The notes beneath the pieces were generated by a model. The model searched no databases, was not told the DNA's origin, and was given only the letters and a program-made list of their open reading frames with translations. A stretch of 64,000 nt of DNA from Sphaerodactylus townsendi (taxonomy: Eukaryota): contig NC_059432.1 of assembly GCF_021028975.2 (NCBI RefSeq), forward strand, positions 72,416,001 to 72,480,000, given 5' to 3'. Of this stretch, positions 27,681-39,760 are shown piece by piece (position 1 is the stretch's first letter; every line of letters starts with the position of its first letter). Both the position numbers and the translations under genes were made by a program.

Positions 27681-29011
27681 CCTCTACACAGCTAACCTGG
27701 ACTTCCTTGATGGTCTCCAAGCTGGTTTAAGTTACCAGATGAAGAAATGGTCTCATATTCCACTATGGCAACTGAAATTGTCAGCATCTGGGAGAAGAGG
27801 ATTTGGGGTAAGGTACCCTAAATTTGCAAATTATACCCCATTCCAGCATCTTGAGCAGGTTTCTGGCAAGTTAGCATATAAATTCCCTAATAAAACTGCT
27901 TTCACTACCATTTCAATGAAGCTCTGGAGTAACTTCCTGAGTGAGGTCAGAAACTGTTTCCCATCATTAGCATCTGAGACTCAGAATTGCCAACAACCTG
28001 CAATGTCCTGCCTGCTGCCGTAAGAGCTTATGGGCTGTTTTCACAAGGCCCTGTTACTGATCTCCATGCCTTGAAAAGCTTCCCCAGCCTATTTTCATAC
28101 ATTAAGCTTACATTAGCAATCATTACGTTGTCGGCTGTGGGGAAAATTTGTACCTCAATGCATGTGCCCAGAGATCTGAAAGCAGTTTTTGGAAAAAAGA
28201 TCCCCCTCCCAAGTCAGCACTGGGAGAATGGGAGCAGCCAAGTCCCCTTTGATCATGCCAACAACTAGCATAATTGACAATTCTATCCGAAAGGAACATT
28301 TTGTATCATAATCATAATTTGAGCTAGATTCTGATATCTACGAGCTCCTTTGGGAGCTAGAGTACCACAGAAAAGCAGGGTTAAAATCAAATAAGTATCC
28401 ACCAATTGTCATGTCAAGAACTGAAAACTCATTGTTTGTCCAAATGAATTCCCACTAACAGCTAACTGTGTTGGCAAAGGAGACTCTACCTATACAAACA
28501 TATCAAGCTTTCTTATGCCATGCTGAATTATTACCCTTCAACCAGACTTCCAATCTCTGAAAGCTGCATAACAGCAACATCTTATTAAATGACTTAGTAT
28601 AATAAATAAGCAACCATAGCTTATTCTGGTGACTTAACAAATAATACGTCTTGCGCACACACATATTCAAAAGTGTTTCTGAATGTATAAGAGCTTTCGG
28701 TCATTTTTTTCCCAATAACAGATCCCAACAGTACAACTGCTATCACTGAGGGAGGTGGAGCATGAAAAAGGGGAAGGTTGGGAACCAGTGCTTTAGAAGA
28801 CATGTTTTCAGATCTTGCACCATAAAGCAGCCAGCAGTGTACAAGCAGAGCTCATAATAAGAGGAAGTTGGGGTTAGAATAGAACAGGACAGCTAGTTTC
28901 AAATCCTTAAGTTGTCGTGACAATCACAGGATGGCTTTAGTTCCCTCTTTCTCAGTCTAACCTACCTCACAGGTTTGTTGTGAGGATAAAATGGAAAGGA
29001 GAAACAAGTAC

Positions 29012-29285
29012 AAGTACACTCTAATCTGGAGAACCGGGTTTGATTCTCCGCTCTGCCACTTGAGCTGTGGAGGCTTATCTGGGGAACCAGATTGGCTTGT
29101 GTACTCCAACACATGCCAGCTAGGTGACCTTAGGCAAGTCACAGCTCTATGAAGTTCTCTCAGCCCCACCCACCTCACAAGGCATTTGTTGTGGGGGAAG
29201 GGGAGGGGAAGGAGCTTGTAAGCCCCTTTGAGTCTCCTTACAGGAGAGAAAGGGGGGATATAAATCCAAACTCCTCTTCTTCTTC
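29012..29285 (+). mobile_element. Squam3-like SINE
   Basis: Matches the other four copies. Confidence 0.85.
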
Positions 29286-31821
29286 CACATTGCCCTTAGC
29301 TCATTTGAGGATGAAAGGAATAAACTGACAAACAAAAATGTTTTAGTGGTATAACAGAATCTGATAATTCCGTGCTCCCATGAGTCCAAACACTCAGAAA
29401 GTTACCTATGGCAACTGTTCGAGAATATTTTTTTTCCAAACTGGATAGCTGTTCTGAGAAATCTGCAATTTTCTTCTAATGGTAAGTAAAGTACAAAATT
29501 GAGCAGAAAAAACAGTATTTTCCTTAAAAGATTCTGTATCATAGTAAATCAAAACAAACAATCTTATTCAAAATGAATTTTGCATGAAATTGCCTATGTA
29601 TTTAGAAAATTTGTGGCGAGTTATCTTTTTGTGACTCAAATGTCTTGACTTCTGGGCAGCCCATGCAAATAATGCAACATCTGCGGCTTTCAGTTTTACA
29701 CCTCTGCAAAAATATTCACACAGAGGCAAAGCTGTTTATTTCTTATCACAAACATCTAAAACTGTGCAACAGTTGGCATATTCTATACAACTTGAATAGA
29801 TCTCAGAATCAAATTTTCCAAGTTTTTCCAATCTTCTGTTTTGAAATTAAATTTTAAAAATTCATTCTAAACTGTTTCATTGCAAATATATTTCAGGGCA
29901 ATGAAGATATGTTTAAATACTGTAGCCTTGAGAAGAACATGGTCATTTCACAGCTTGCTCTTACCACAGGCATTCTGCTTTAAAATCTGCATTCTAGAGG
30001 TCAATTCAGTTTCTGTCTACACTATTCTTCCTACATGCCAAGAAGGGCAGAGAGAGATTCCCGAACCACTCCCAGCCATTACCTGAAGAACTGTGTGAAA
30101 TGCAGTCTAGATCATGACCCTATCTTTGCAAATAGAAATGTATATTATATCAAAGCACAATTGACCACGTAGGTAGGAGTAATGCCTTCTCAACATAGTT
30201 ATGAAAAGCTGAATAATTAACCCACAAATATCCAAGACTCAGTCCTATATCCTTTTCCATAAACCACAGGAGCAATTCGGAAGGTCAAGTATAGTTTTAA
30301 ATCAGTTTTAAGGTTCATCAGATCTTGTGAACTTACACTTCCTGCTAGCTCACACAGACAAACAGAACGTGGAAAAACAGCTTGAAGTTAAGCAAAAAGT
30401 CCAGTGCTTCTGCTTCATCAGCTGGCAATAAACACATTCTATCTGTACACAATACTCCCTAAGAAATAGAAATTTATATTATATCAAAGCACATATACAC
30501 ACTAGAAGGAGCCTTCAATCCCCTACTATATTTCAAAGCTTAAATAATAACCTACCATAGAACTACAATTACTTTAGATTCTACCGTAAGAACTCTCCCT
30601 AGCACAGTAAAGTTAAACATATTATTAGTGTTAAATTATAAGACTGGAGGGGGGACACATTACCAATAGCTCCAGTAACCCTGTGCAAAACTGCCAATGC
30701 ATGTGGCTACCCCCTGGAGAAACCAACAGTTATGCTACCTGCTCACCTTCTCAAGGACCTGAGGAATGGATGCAACATTTTCAACTGCGCCCAGCAAAAT
30801 GGAAGAGTGATGGGGGTAAAAAATTCCCTTCTTTCTCTTCACAGAAGGTGATCAGGATCCAGGCAATACTTTCCTATTATTAGAGAATACGAGTAGATCT
30901 GGCAAAGTGAAGGGCTCAAAATGCTGGTGACAGAACATTTTCACCAAACCCAAACCACAAGCAACTGGGGTTCGAGGAAAAATCCCCACTTGACAACACC
31001 ATTTCTGCTTCATGATCCAATTAACAAAAGGGGGAGAGAGGGGACACAGGCAGCGCCATATCACCACCTGCACCAGCATCTCCCTCCCTACCATGTAATA
31101 CTTAGTAATAGCAACAACTATATTTGGGTTGGGTAGATCTGCACTTGAACCCTCCCTCATCAGGAAGCTCCTCTCAGGACCCTAAACTACTCATACACAC
31201 CTTAACCTCCCTCGCTGAGATCCCTGGGGGGAAAAAAAAGCATAAGGCATCCAGGAGAAAAAAGAAAGAAAGAACATTAACACCAGGACCCGGAGTTCAC
31301 AGCAACAACGGCAACTTATCTTACCGGTAGTAATAATAACGTCTTTAGAAACTTCCCCCAAACCTCGCCACTTCTGAAATGGGACGGTGAGGATTTCTTG
31401 CTCCACTTGTGAGCAGGAGAAGGCGCCGTTACCCCAACGAGACTGCGATGAGGAAAAGTATCCGGGTGCAAATGGGGGGGGGGGGTGTCCCTAGAGCTGG
31501 AGGTGCGACCTGAGCCCCTGGGTGCCCCTCCAGTTCCAGGTAACCCCAAGCCTCGGGCAGACACAGCGGCGGCCAGGCGGCCGCACTTGCCTCCACACGT
31601 CCTCAAGCCACCTGCCCGCAACCCACCCGTCAGGGTAGCCACACCTTCTCCTCCCTTCCCTTCAGAGGCCCTGCAGTCTCCTTCCGAGACCTCCTCGGCC
31701 GCTCGACTCTGCAGAGAGCCCGACTGTCGGGGCCCCGGCAGCGCCCTCTCCCGCCCTCCCATCAGCGCCTCTGGGTCCGACCCTCCTCCAGCCAGGCCCC
31801 CTCGAAGCCCCCCCTGCTCAC

Positions 31822-32030
31822 CAAGCACCGGCCCGACTTCTCGCCGCCGGCCTGAGCACCGCTTGAGGGCAGGGCGCGGCCTCCTATAATGGCGGGGAGG
31901 AGGACCCACCGGGCGGCCTGAGGGTGAAGCGGAACCGCCGCGCGTGGCCCAGCCCGGGAAAGGAAGAGGTGGAGCCGGGCAGGCGGCTCCTGGTGCAGAC
32001 AGCGGCGCCGAAGAGAGGGGGAAGGGAGAG
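31822..32030 (-). other. PAK2: Probable PAK2 non-coding exon 1 (5' end approximate)
   Basis: Inside the CpG island ~20 kb upstream of exon 2; TTG|GTGAG donor at 31817-31821 on minus; PAK2 normally has a non-coding first exon. Confidence 0.65.
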
Positions 32031-32435
32031 AGGCGCGAAGACTACAGTCCCCGTCATGCATCTGGAGCGCTGCGGCGCAAGGCTTCCCCGAGAAGGGATC
32101 GCCGCCGCAGGTCTTTCCCGGAAGAGAAAATGTGGCTGTGTGTAGTTGGGCATTTGATCACACGCGCGCGCCGCTCCCCCGCTTTATTAGGATAATGTGC
32201 AGATTCTCTCGTTTTCTTATGACTACTGTTGTTAATTATTCTCCGCTGGATCATGTCCCCATTCCTTATCTCTTACAATTTAGGCATCCTTAGGACTGTT
32301 TAGCAACCATGTTGACATATTTATTGTTGCACCGACCAAAGTCAAGGAAAACCCAAGAAACAACTTCAATAAACATAGCGGTTCGCTGAAAACTTGCGGT
32401 TTTAAAACCGAGGCTACCTTTTCCCGCGGAAAAAA

Positions 32436-32490
32436 ATGGCTGACGGAGCAGGAGCAGGCTGCTCGAACGAGACAGAGAGCGCTTCGAAAG
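32436..32490 (+). CDS. Exon 1 of transposase-derived gene (MADGAGAGCSNETESASK)
   Basis: aaaATGG strong Kozak context; 55 nt ending AAG|GTGAGA, a consensus donor; phase 1 matches the acceptor at 33360-33361 and reads in frame into the 450-aa ORF. Confidence 0.8.
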
Positions 32491-33361
32491 GTGAGAAACA
32501 AGGGGGGGGGGGGGGAAATGCTATAGGGGCTATTTTGGAAGTGAAATATAGTGGAGGGAGGGGAGAGAGGGGAAGATGAGAAGCCTCCCCCCTCTATCAG
32601 CCCTTACCAGTACTTCGCTTGTGTATGTGTGTATGAAGAAGAGAATCATGTACGCTGCTTAATGTTTGCCTGGAGTGGCTAACTGTTTGAAGAAGACTCC
32701 TTTTACAGCTGCAAAGACATGAAGTCCGGGGGGGGGGGGGTCATATTGTATTTCCTTCCTTAGGAATTAAGGGTGGAAAAAAAATTGCAGACTACTGAAC
32801 ATCTTTAGCCTGTCAGTCATGCTGATCCTGTGGCACAAAGGCAAGGCATTGCATCCCCTGAGGTTCTACCCTGCCAAATCTCCAAAATCTACATTCCCAA
32901 ATCTCCAGGAGATCGGATTTGATCTCTCAGATTTGATTTCGTTTTAAGACAGTTGAGAACTGTCTTCAACTGATTCAAGGCGGCAATTGAAAGTTTCTCA
33001 TACCCACTCTTGTCAGGGAACCTTGCTGAGTGACATACTCAGCATGGCCTATTTCATTTGTTTCTCCTTCAGACTTAATGATTACTTTCATGTTATTAAT
33101 TGAGTCAATAGAGATAAGTGTTGGAACACACTATTTTCATTGCCCAGCAGCAGAACCTTTTGTAATCTATACAGGTTCATAAATTAGCCTCTTAGACTAA
33201 ACTTCCTTTGGCTTGGTTCTGGTATTATGTTCCCTAATCTTATATTCTTAATGGGAAAGGCAATGTGTGTGTGTATGCATGTGCGAAGCTCAAACAGAAA
33301 CAGATTGGCTATTATGGCCACCATAGTGTTGAATAATAATTTCTTTTCAAATGATTTTCAG

Positions 33362-34749
33362 ATGCTGCAGAGACCTCTCCTCGCTGTTACTTCAAATTGA
33401 ATCGCAGAGGTCGGACAATTCGAAGCCAGACTCAGCAAGTAATCATGAATGTGTATTCGCGCATTAGGGAAGAGCACCCAAGCCTTACTGTCGAGGAATG
33501 TGTAGAAGAAACCTCGAGATTAACTGGCATGTCTTCTGCACCCATCTACAGGGCAAAGAAGCTGTGGCACACAACAGGTGGAGTTCTTCAGACGCCAGGC
33601 AAGAAACGTCCTCGCAAATCCGGGACAAAGAGAAGAGATGTGAAGTGTGACAGTTTTTCTCGCTGCGCAATTAGAGGTATTGTACATAAGTATTTCTTCA
33701 GAAACGAGCCACCAACACTGAAGAAAATACTCAATGATGTCAACAGCGACCAGGATCTACCTTGCATTTCCCAAACAACACTGCACAGCATTTTGAAAGA
33801 CATTGGCTTTGCCTACAATCGCAGGCATAAGGATTGCACTTTGACTGACAAGCCTGAAATTATAGCTTGGAGGCACCAATACCTGAGAAAGATTCGACAG
33901 TTCCGTTCAGAGGGAAGGAGCATTTTTTTTCTGGATGAGACATGGGTGAACACAGGACACACAGTCCCAAAATGTTGGCAAGATCATGCTGTGAAGTCAG
34001 CGAAGGGTGCATTCCATAGGGGCTTGTCTACAAGACTCAAAGATCCACCTGGCAAGGCCAGTCGCTTGATTTGTGCTCACTGTGGGAGCGAGGAAGGCTT
34101 TGTGGAGGATGCATTGCTTCTGTTTAAGTCGAAAACAACAAGCGATTACCATCAGGAAATGAATGTGGACAACTTTGAGAAATGGTTTGCCGAGTTGCTG
34201 CCTAAGCTGCCTCCAGAAAGTGTAATTGTGATGGATGACGCCTTTTATCACTCAGTGAGGTCCGAGACGATCCCAACAACTAAATCTGGAAAGGAAACCA
34301 TTAGGACATGGCTAACAGAGAAGGGCATCTCTTGGGACCACGAGCAAGTGAAGCCTGAGCTACTGCTTCTGGTGCAAAGGGAAAAGCACAGATTTGTTCG
34401 GTATAAAACAGACGAGATGGCTGTTGCTGCTGGGCATAAAGTGCTTCGCCTCCCTCCCTACCACACGGAACTGAACCCCATAGAATTGGCATGGCGTTAC
34501 ATAAAAGGACATGTGGCACTTAACAATAACACCTTTAAACTGGATGACGTGAAGAATTTATTCGTGGAAGGAGTACGTGCAGTGACCCCAGAGATGTGGA
34601 GCAGTTTCATCCAGCACGTGATGGAGAAGGAGAAGCAGTTCTGGGATCTTGATTTTCTCCAGGAAAACAATGAAACTTCCTCAATAAAGATCTCTCTGGG
34701 GTCAGATTCTGAGAGTGATTCCTATGAGAGTGAGGATATTTATGAATAA
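33362..34749 (+). CDS. Exon 2: intact IS630-Tc1-mariner DDE transposase with DD82E spacing (Sailor-like); spliced product 480 aa
   Basis: Uninterrupted ORF; HTH-like N-terminus, NLS-like PGKKRPRK, motifs FLDETW (D 33934), VMDDAFYHS (D 34234), LPPYHTELNPIELAW (E 34483); 82 residues between second D and E; acidic Ser-rich tail; ttttcAG acceptor; AATAAA at 34745, 34791 and 34810. Confidence 0.92.
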
Positions 34750-37716
34750 ACACAAGTAATTTCTGTTAATAAGTGAATGAACATTTAATTAATAAATCTG
34801 CCTGTTTTGAATAAAAAGTGTTGTTTAAACCTATTTTAGTTGATTAATCTCATTTAGCTTAACCCCATTTCCTAATTCCTACACATCCAGTCCCAGCAAG
34901 AACCTTTCTGTTGCTTCGTACTGTCCATATTCCATACTCTCACTCTCTGCTCCTTAGAGTTCAGTTCAGCATTTTCTTTTTTTATTCACCGGAGGGGGTG
35001 GGGGTGCAGAATCCCACTTGCTATGAGGGCAGGTTCCTTTTATGGCTCAGCCTGGTTTGGCTGGGGACCCCTGGGAGGAAGACTCAGATGGAGAGGTGGG
35101 GACAGTTTTGGTTCCAGATTCTCAGGCAGAGCAGTCAGTAATTCCTGCAGGACCAGAGGCTCAGGCAGAGCATTCAGGCTGGGATCCATAGCCAGGTCCA
35201 AGCTCTGAGATTTTCCAGCCAGGATCTAGTTCTGAGACTCTTCAGTCTCTTGATACTAAGCCAGAGGGGCCCCTGCTAGCTCTGTCCCTCCCCCCTCCTC
35301 CCAGTCTCCAGAGCCCCAGGAGCAATGCAGGAGGAGACTGCATGTTAGCAGCTATGGGGCAAGCTGAATTGCAGGAGCCAGACTAAACTAAGCCAGATAC
35401 AAGAGGTTATTGCACTATTGAATTGTTAGGCTGGATCTAACCAAGAGGTTGCAGCTGAGCTAGCTTGTAGCAGCAACATTGTGGTTCAGTTTTCAGGTCA
35501 CTGTTTCTGTTTCTAGCCTTGTCTTGGTTCTAGACTCTGTGTACTCATTAAATGACTAAACCCGCTAAGAACTGTGTCTTTGGATGCTGAGGACCTATCT
35601 AAAACAGTTCCCTTTGACATCTACCATCCCTCAACGCAGTAGCCACATAACCATCTTCTGGTAGGGTGGGAGGAAGATGATGGTGAGAATACAGCAAAAT
35701 GGTGTATTTGGAAATATGAAAAATTCACCAAACCCCCACCCACCACCCCAAGAAGCCTCTGTTTTTTTATGCTGACCCCTGTCCAATTAGATCCAGTTAC
35801 AGTTCAAAACACCATCCGCCCCAGTGCCTGTGCTCTGAAAAATGTAGGTTTCTGCCTGGTTCTCCTCACAGTGCCATTGTATGGATAATATTGGGAAGAC
35901 AGAACTATGTATATGGCCCGGAGTTCCTTAGATGGAATAAAAAACCAGTAGATTTGCAGTTGGCACCTGGAGTTCAAACACATATGGCCCTTGCATATAA
36001 CAGGGCACTTAAATGGTAAAGTGCAAAGTTTTCAAATAGCATTTTATGCTAATTTTAATAACAGTTTACTGCTGAAAAGGTGGGATGGGGAGGGAAGGAA
36101 GAGTAGAATTATGATCAAAATGATTTAACAGCCAGATCAAAAATGAAAGGCCCCAACTCCCAAATTTCTGATGTCAAATTGCTTTTGCCAAAGCAAAAGT
36201 TTGTGCCAAAGCCCTGTTGGAATAAAAAGTAGGATGCTGTTTCTGTGGGACTGACTAACACAAACAAGTTGCATCTTCTCAGAAGGATCCTGTTACTATT
36301 TGACAGCTGATCCCTCCTTTTGAGGTTTCACAGAGCTGCCAGGGACAGGTCACGGATAAACCTTTTCTTCTGGTGACGTTCTTTAGGAAGGGCTTCAAAG
36401 ACTCAGCCGCTTTCATCCAAGTGGCTGCCTTGTTAAAGATAAAAACAAAAAAAGGCAAGTGCCCAGTTTTATTGGTTAATAATACAACCACAAAGGCCAA
36501 AATGTATCTCTGACCAGGATTTTGTGCACTCTGGGCTTCAATTTTCTACCTTACCGGCTTTTAATAGTCATACAGGACTACCATGAGCTTAAGACAGTGA
36601 ACCTACATCCTTCAGCTACTGGAAATTCAGCTGTTCTATTTTTCAGCAGCTTATTGCCCATGTAACTATATAAACCTCACAAGGGCTAAAAACTTTTCCT
36701 TTTATGAAATGGAAGCTGAGAATTCAAGGAAGGTTAAATCTGTACCTAACACCATTTCAACTATTATTCTTTTTTGCAGTCCTGCAGGCTCACAGCTCTG
36801 AATCTGGTATTTGCAATTCACCCATCCCATTATCTGTGTCAATGCATTTAAAGTAATGATTCCCAAAACTTTTTGAATTGTAACCCCCTTGGCTCCCAGG
36901 CTACATACCTCCCCACCCCCCACCCCCCCCACACACATGAACACACCTCTTCATTTAGCATTTGTGACAGCAAATTGATTTCTGTTCTAATTGATACCTG
37001 CCAGGCCATATTGACAAAAGTTAGGTCTACACTCAAGTGAAAGTAATGGGTAGACCTGGCCTCCACAGAGGACAGATCTACCCAATGCTCCTTAATGGGG
37101 GATAACCAGCCCTCCAAGCGACTGCAGTTCTCTTTGTGATTCTTCAGAGATGTCATATTGAAAAGGAAAAAGACATGTGCGTGGTATTGCCACGAAAAAC
37201 AAAGTTTATTGATTTAATTTTTATATTGTTTGGACCATCAGCTGAATTGCAAGCACAGGAAACTCCTGGTAACATTCAGCAAATGGCTCTGGAGGCTACT
37301 GAAGCAGACATAAAATGGTGGGTGCTAGAAACACTAGGACCCGCAGAGCACTGCTCTATAAAGAAGGTCCAGAAGGAAGTAGTAGCATGTTAATTGATAG
37401 TCGCCCTTGGATTTTTTTGTTGTTGAAAATGGTATAGTCAAGGTGAAGAAAATAAAGGCCTGAAGCAAATTACTCATTCCACATTAGATATGTTCCACTG
37501 CATACAAGATTGTATTCACTGGCCTCTGCGAACCAAATATAATTGATTCAACATCCATGAGTCATTGCTAACATAGAGAAAGCAGTACACACTTTTCTTC
37601 AATGATAATCAATGACCAAAAAGCATGTAAACATTTAAAACCGCCCTTATAGATACAGTTGCATAGGTCCAATATTTGAGGGAGGAGTCCCCAAAATTCC
37701 TGTAAGATAAACTCTA

Positions 37717-38478
37717 TAAGAACATAAGAACAAGCCAGCTGGATCAGACCAGAGTCCATCTAGTCCAGCACTCTGCTACTCGCAGTGGCTCACCAGGTGC
37801 CTTTGGGATCTCACATGCAGGATGTGAAAGCAATGGCCTTCTGCAGCTGTTGCTCCTGTACCTGGTCTGTTAAGGCATTTGCAATTTCAGATCAAGGAGG
37901 ATGAAGATTGGTCCAAGCCCTTTTTAAAACTATCTAGGTTAGTGGCCATCACCACCTCCTGCGGCAGCATATTCCAAACACCAATCACACGTTGCGTGAA
38001 GAAGTGTTTCCTTTTATTAGTCCTTATTCTTCCCCCCAGCATTTTCAATGTATGCCCCCTGGTTCTAGTATTGTGAGAAAGAGAGAAAAATTTCTGTCGA
38101 CATTTCCTACCCCATGCATAATTTTATAGACTTCAATCATATCCCCCCTCAGACGTCTCCTCTCCAAACTAAAGAGTCCCAAACACTGCAGCCTCTCTTC
38201 ATAAGGAAGGTGCTCCAGTCCCTCAATCATCCTTGTTGCCCTTCTCTGCACTTTTTCTATCTCTTCAATATCCTTTTTGAGATGTGGCGACCCAGAGACT
38301 GAACACACAGTACTCCAAGTGCGTGTCAGCATTCCACTGCTTTATACTAAGTGGGCATGACAGGGTTCTTTTCTGCAGTTTTATTATCAATTCCTTTCCT
38401 AATTATCCCCAGCATAGAGTTTGCCTTTTTCACAGCTGCCATGCACTGAGTTGACATTCCCATGGAACTATCAACTAA
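37717..38478 (-). mobile_element. CR1 LINE 3' fragment, same family as 47397-49895
   Basis: IEKVQRRATRMIEGLEHLPYEERL..RRLRGDMIEVYKI; near-identical 3'UTR and AAGAACAT tail. Confidence 0.92.
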
Positions 38479-39326
38479 CTCTAGTTTATGTGCCCAGTTA
38501 CAAAGCAAAACAGATAGCCTTCAGGTTATTCCTCAAGGAACCTGTCCCCCAGGAATAGTATTTTATCAGTGGGCTGCAATGAAAACAAGAAAGTTCCATT
38601 CCATTATTGGAAGAATTGGTCTGGATCCAATCTTGTATGATATTTTTCTGTAAATTCATGGATCCAACAGATACTTATGTGCTCACATTGAGGAAAACAG
38701 TAGCATTGAACTTTTGACAATACAATAAATGTCCAATTCTATTTCAAAACTACTCTCTTGTGTAAGACATCATCTAGAATTAGAATTCTGAAATTATCTC
38801 CGCTAGTAGAAATAATGCAAATTCTAACATATGTTATTAGTTACATATATACATCCATGTTTCCAAACTATTCAGAAAATATTTTTTCTTACCACACCTA
38901 TTACTATCCCCTGCTTCCCCTCCCTTTGTGTCTATGTGAACATTTTTCTCATTTGTCATATGAAATGGCATCACTTCCTTTTTGTCATCCATTCATCTAC
39001 TTAATTATTTGGGGCTTGCAATTCAAAAATCATGTGTATCTAATATGCTTTTGATGAAATCTTACCACAAGGTAGTATATTTAACTTGAGACTGGTTGAG
39101 GACATGATCTTAAAGACTTTCAATGCTTATGCAGGTATAGATACAAAAAGAACACAAAGATCTCTGAAGGTTCTTGGGGGTGGGTTTTTAGCTTGGTTGG
39201 TTTTTCTACTATACAATCTCCCCATGTTGGAAAACTTAATTGGAAATTTTACTGGTGCTTTTCCATTTCTATGTTAAAAGTTGGTTTTAATTGTTATTGG
39301 GTTGAATGTTATTGTATATTCATGGA

Positions 39327-39760
39327 ATCATAGAGTTGGAAGAGATCTCAAGGGCCATCAAGTCCAACCCCCTGCAATGCAGGAACACACAATCAAAGCA
39401 CTCCTGACAGATGGCCATCAAGCCTCTCTTTAAAAACCTCCAAAGAAGGAAACTCCACCGCACTCTGAGGTAGTGCATTCCACAGCCGAACAGCCCTTAC
39501 TGTCAGGATTTTTTTCATGTTTCTTTTCCTTCACTTTGAACCCATTACTCCTGCTCCTAGTCTCTGGAGCAGCAAAAAACAAGCTTGCTCCCTCACTTCC
39601 ATGACAGCCCTTCAAATATCTAAACATGGCTATCATGTCACCTCTTACCTTCTCTTCACCAAACTAAACATCCCTAAGTCTCTCCTCGTAAGGCATGGAT
39701 TTCAGATCTTTTACCATTTTGGTAAAAGGTTCCTCTGAACCCATTCCAGCTTGTCAATAC
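39327..39760 (-). mobile_element. CR1 3' fragment (ATAGAATC-tail family)
   Basis: atcatagagttggaag end; MIAMFRYLKGCH..RSRSNGFK; related to 53520-53672 (+) and 61530-61955 (-). Confidence 0.85.

Larger units (their letters stand above)
31420..32500. promoter_or_regulatory. CpG island / bidirectional promoter (PAK2 and the transposase-derived gene)
   Basis: High GC and CpG density against an AT-rich, CpG-poor background; ZNF143/THAP11-type ACTACAGTCCCCGTCATGC at 32041-32059, ETS-type CCGGAAG near 32118, YY1-type AATGGCGG near 31888 and AAAATGGCTG at 32433-32442. Confidence 0.88.

Noticed and set aside
31316-32254. Several long overlapping ORFs (197, 134, 99 aa etc.) in the CpG island
   Set aside because: Low-complexity G/P/R/A-rich translations expected from GC-rich promoter DNA; no recognisable domain.
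33362-34749. Invertebrate contamination as source of the transposase ORF
   Set aside because: Contiguous with the PAK2 CpG island and reptile repeats, with no gap nearby and an in-phase upstream exon; provisionally rejected pending read-level confirmation.
32500-35000. Possible TIRs around the transposase (cagtac near 32608 versus gtactg near 34918)
   Set aside because: Only 6 bp of complementarity and no TA duplication; not accepted as termini, though a computed search is still needed.
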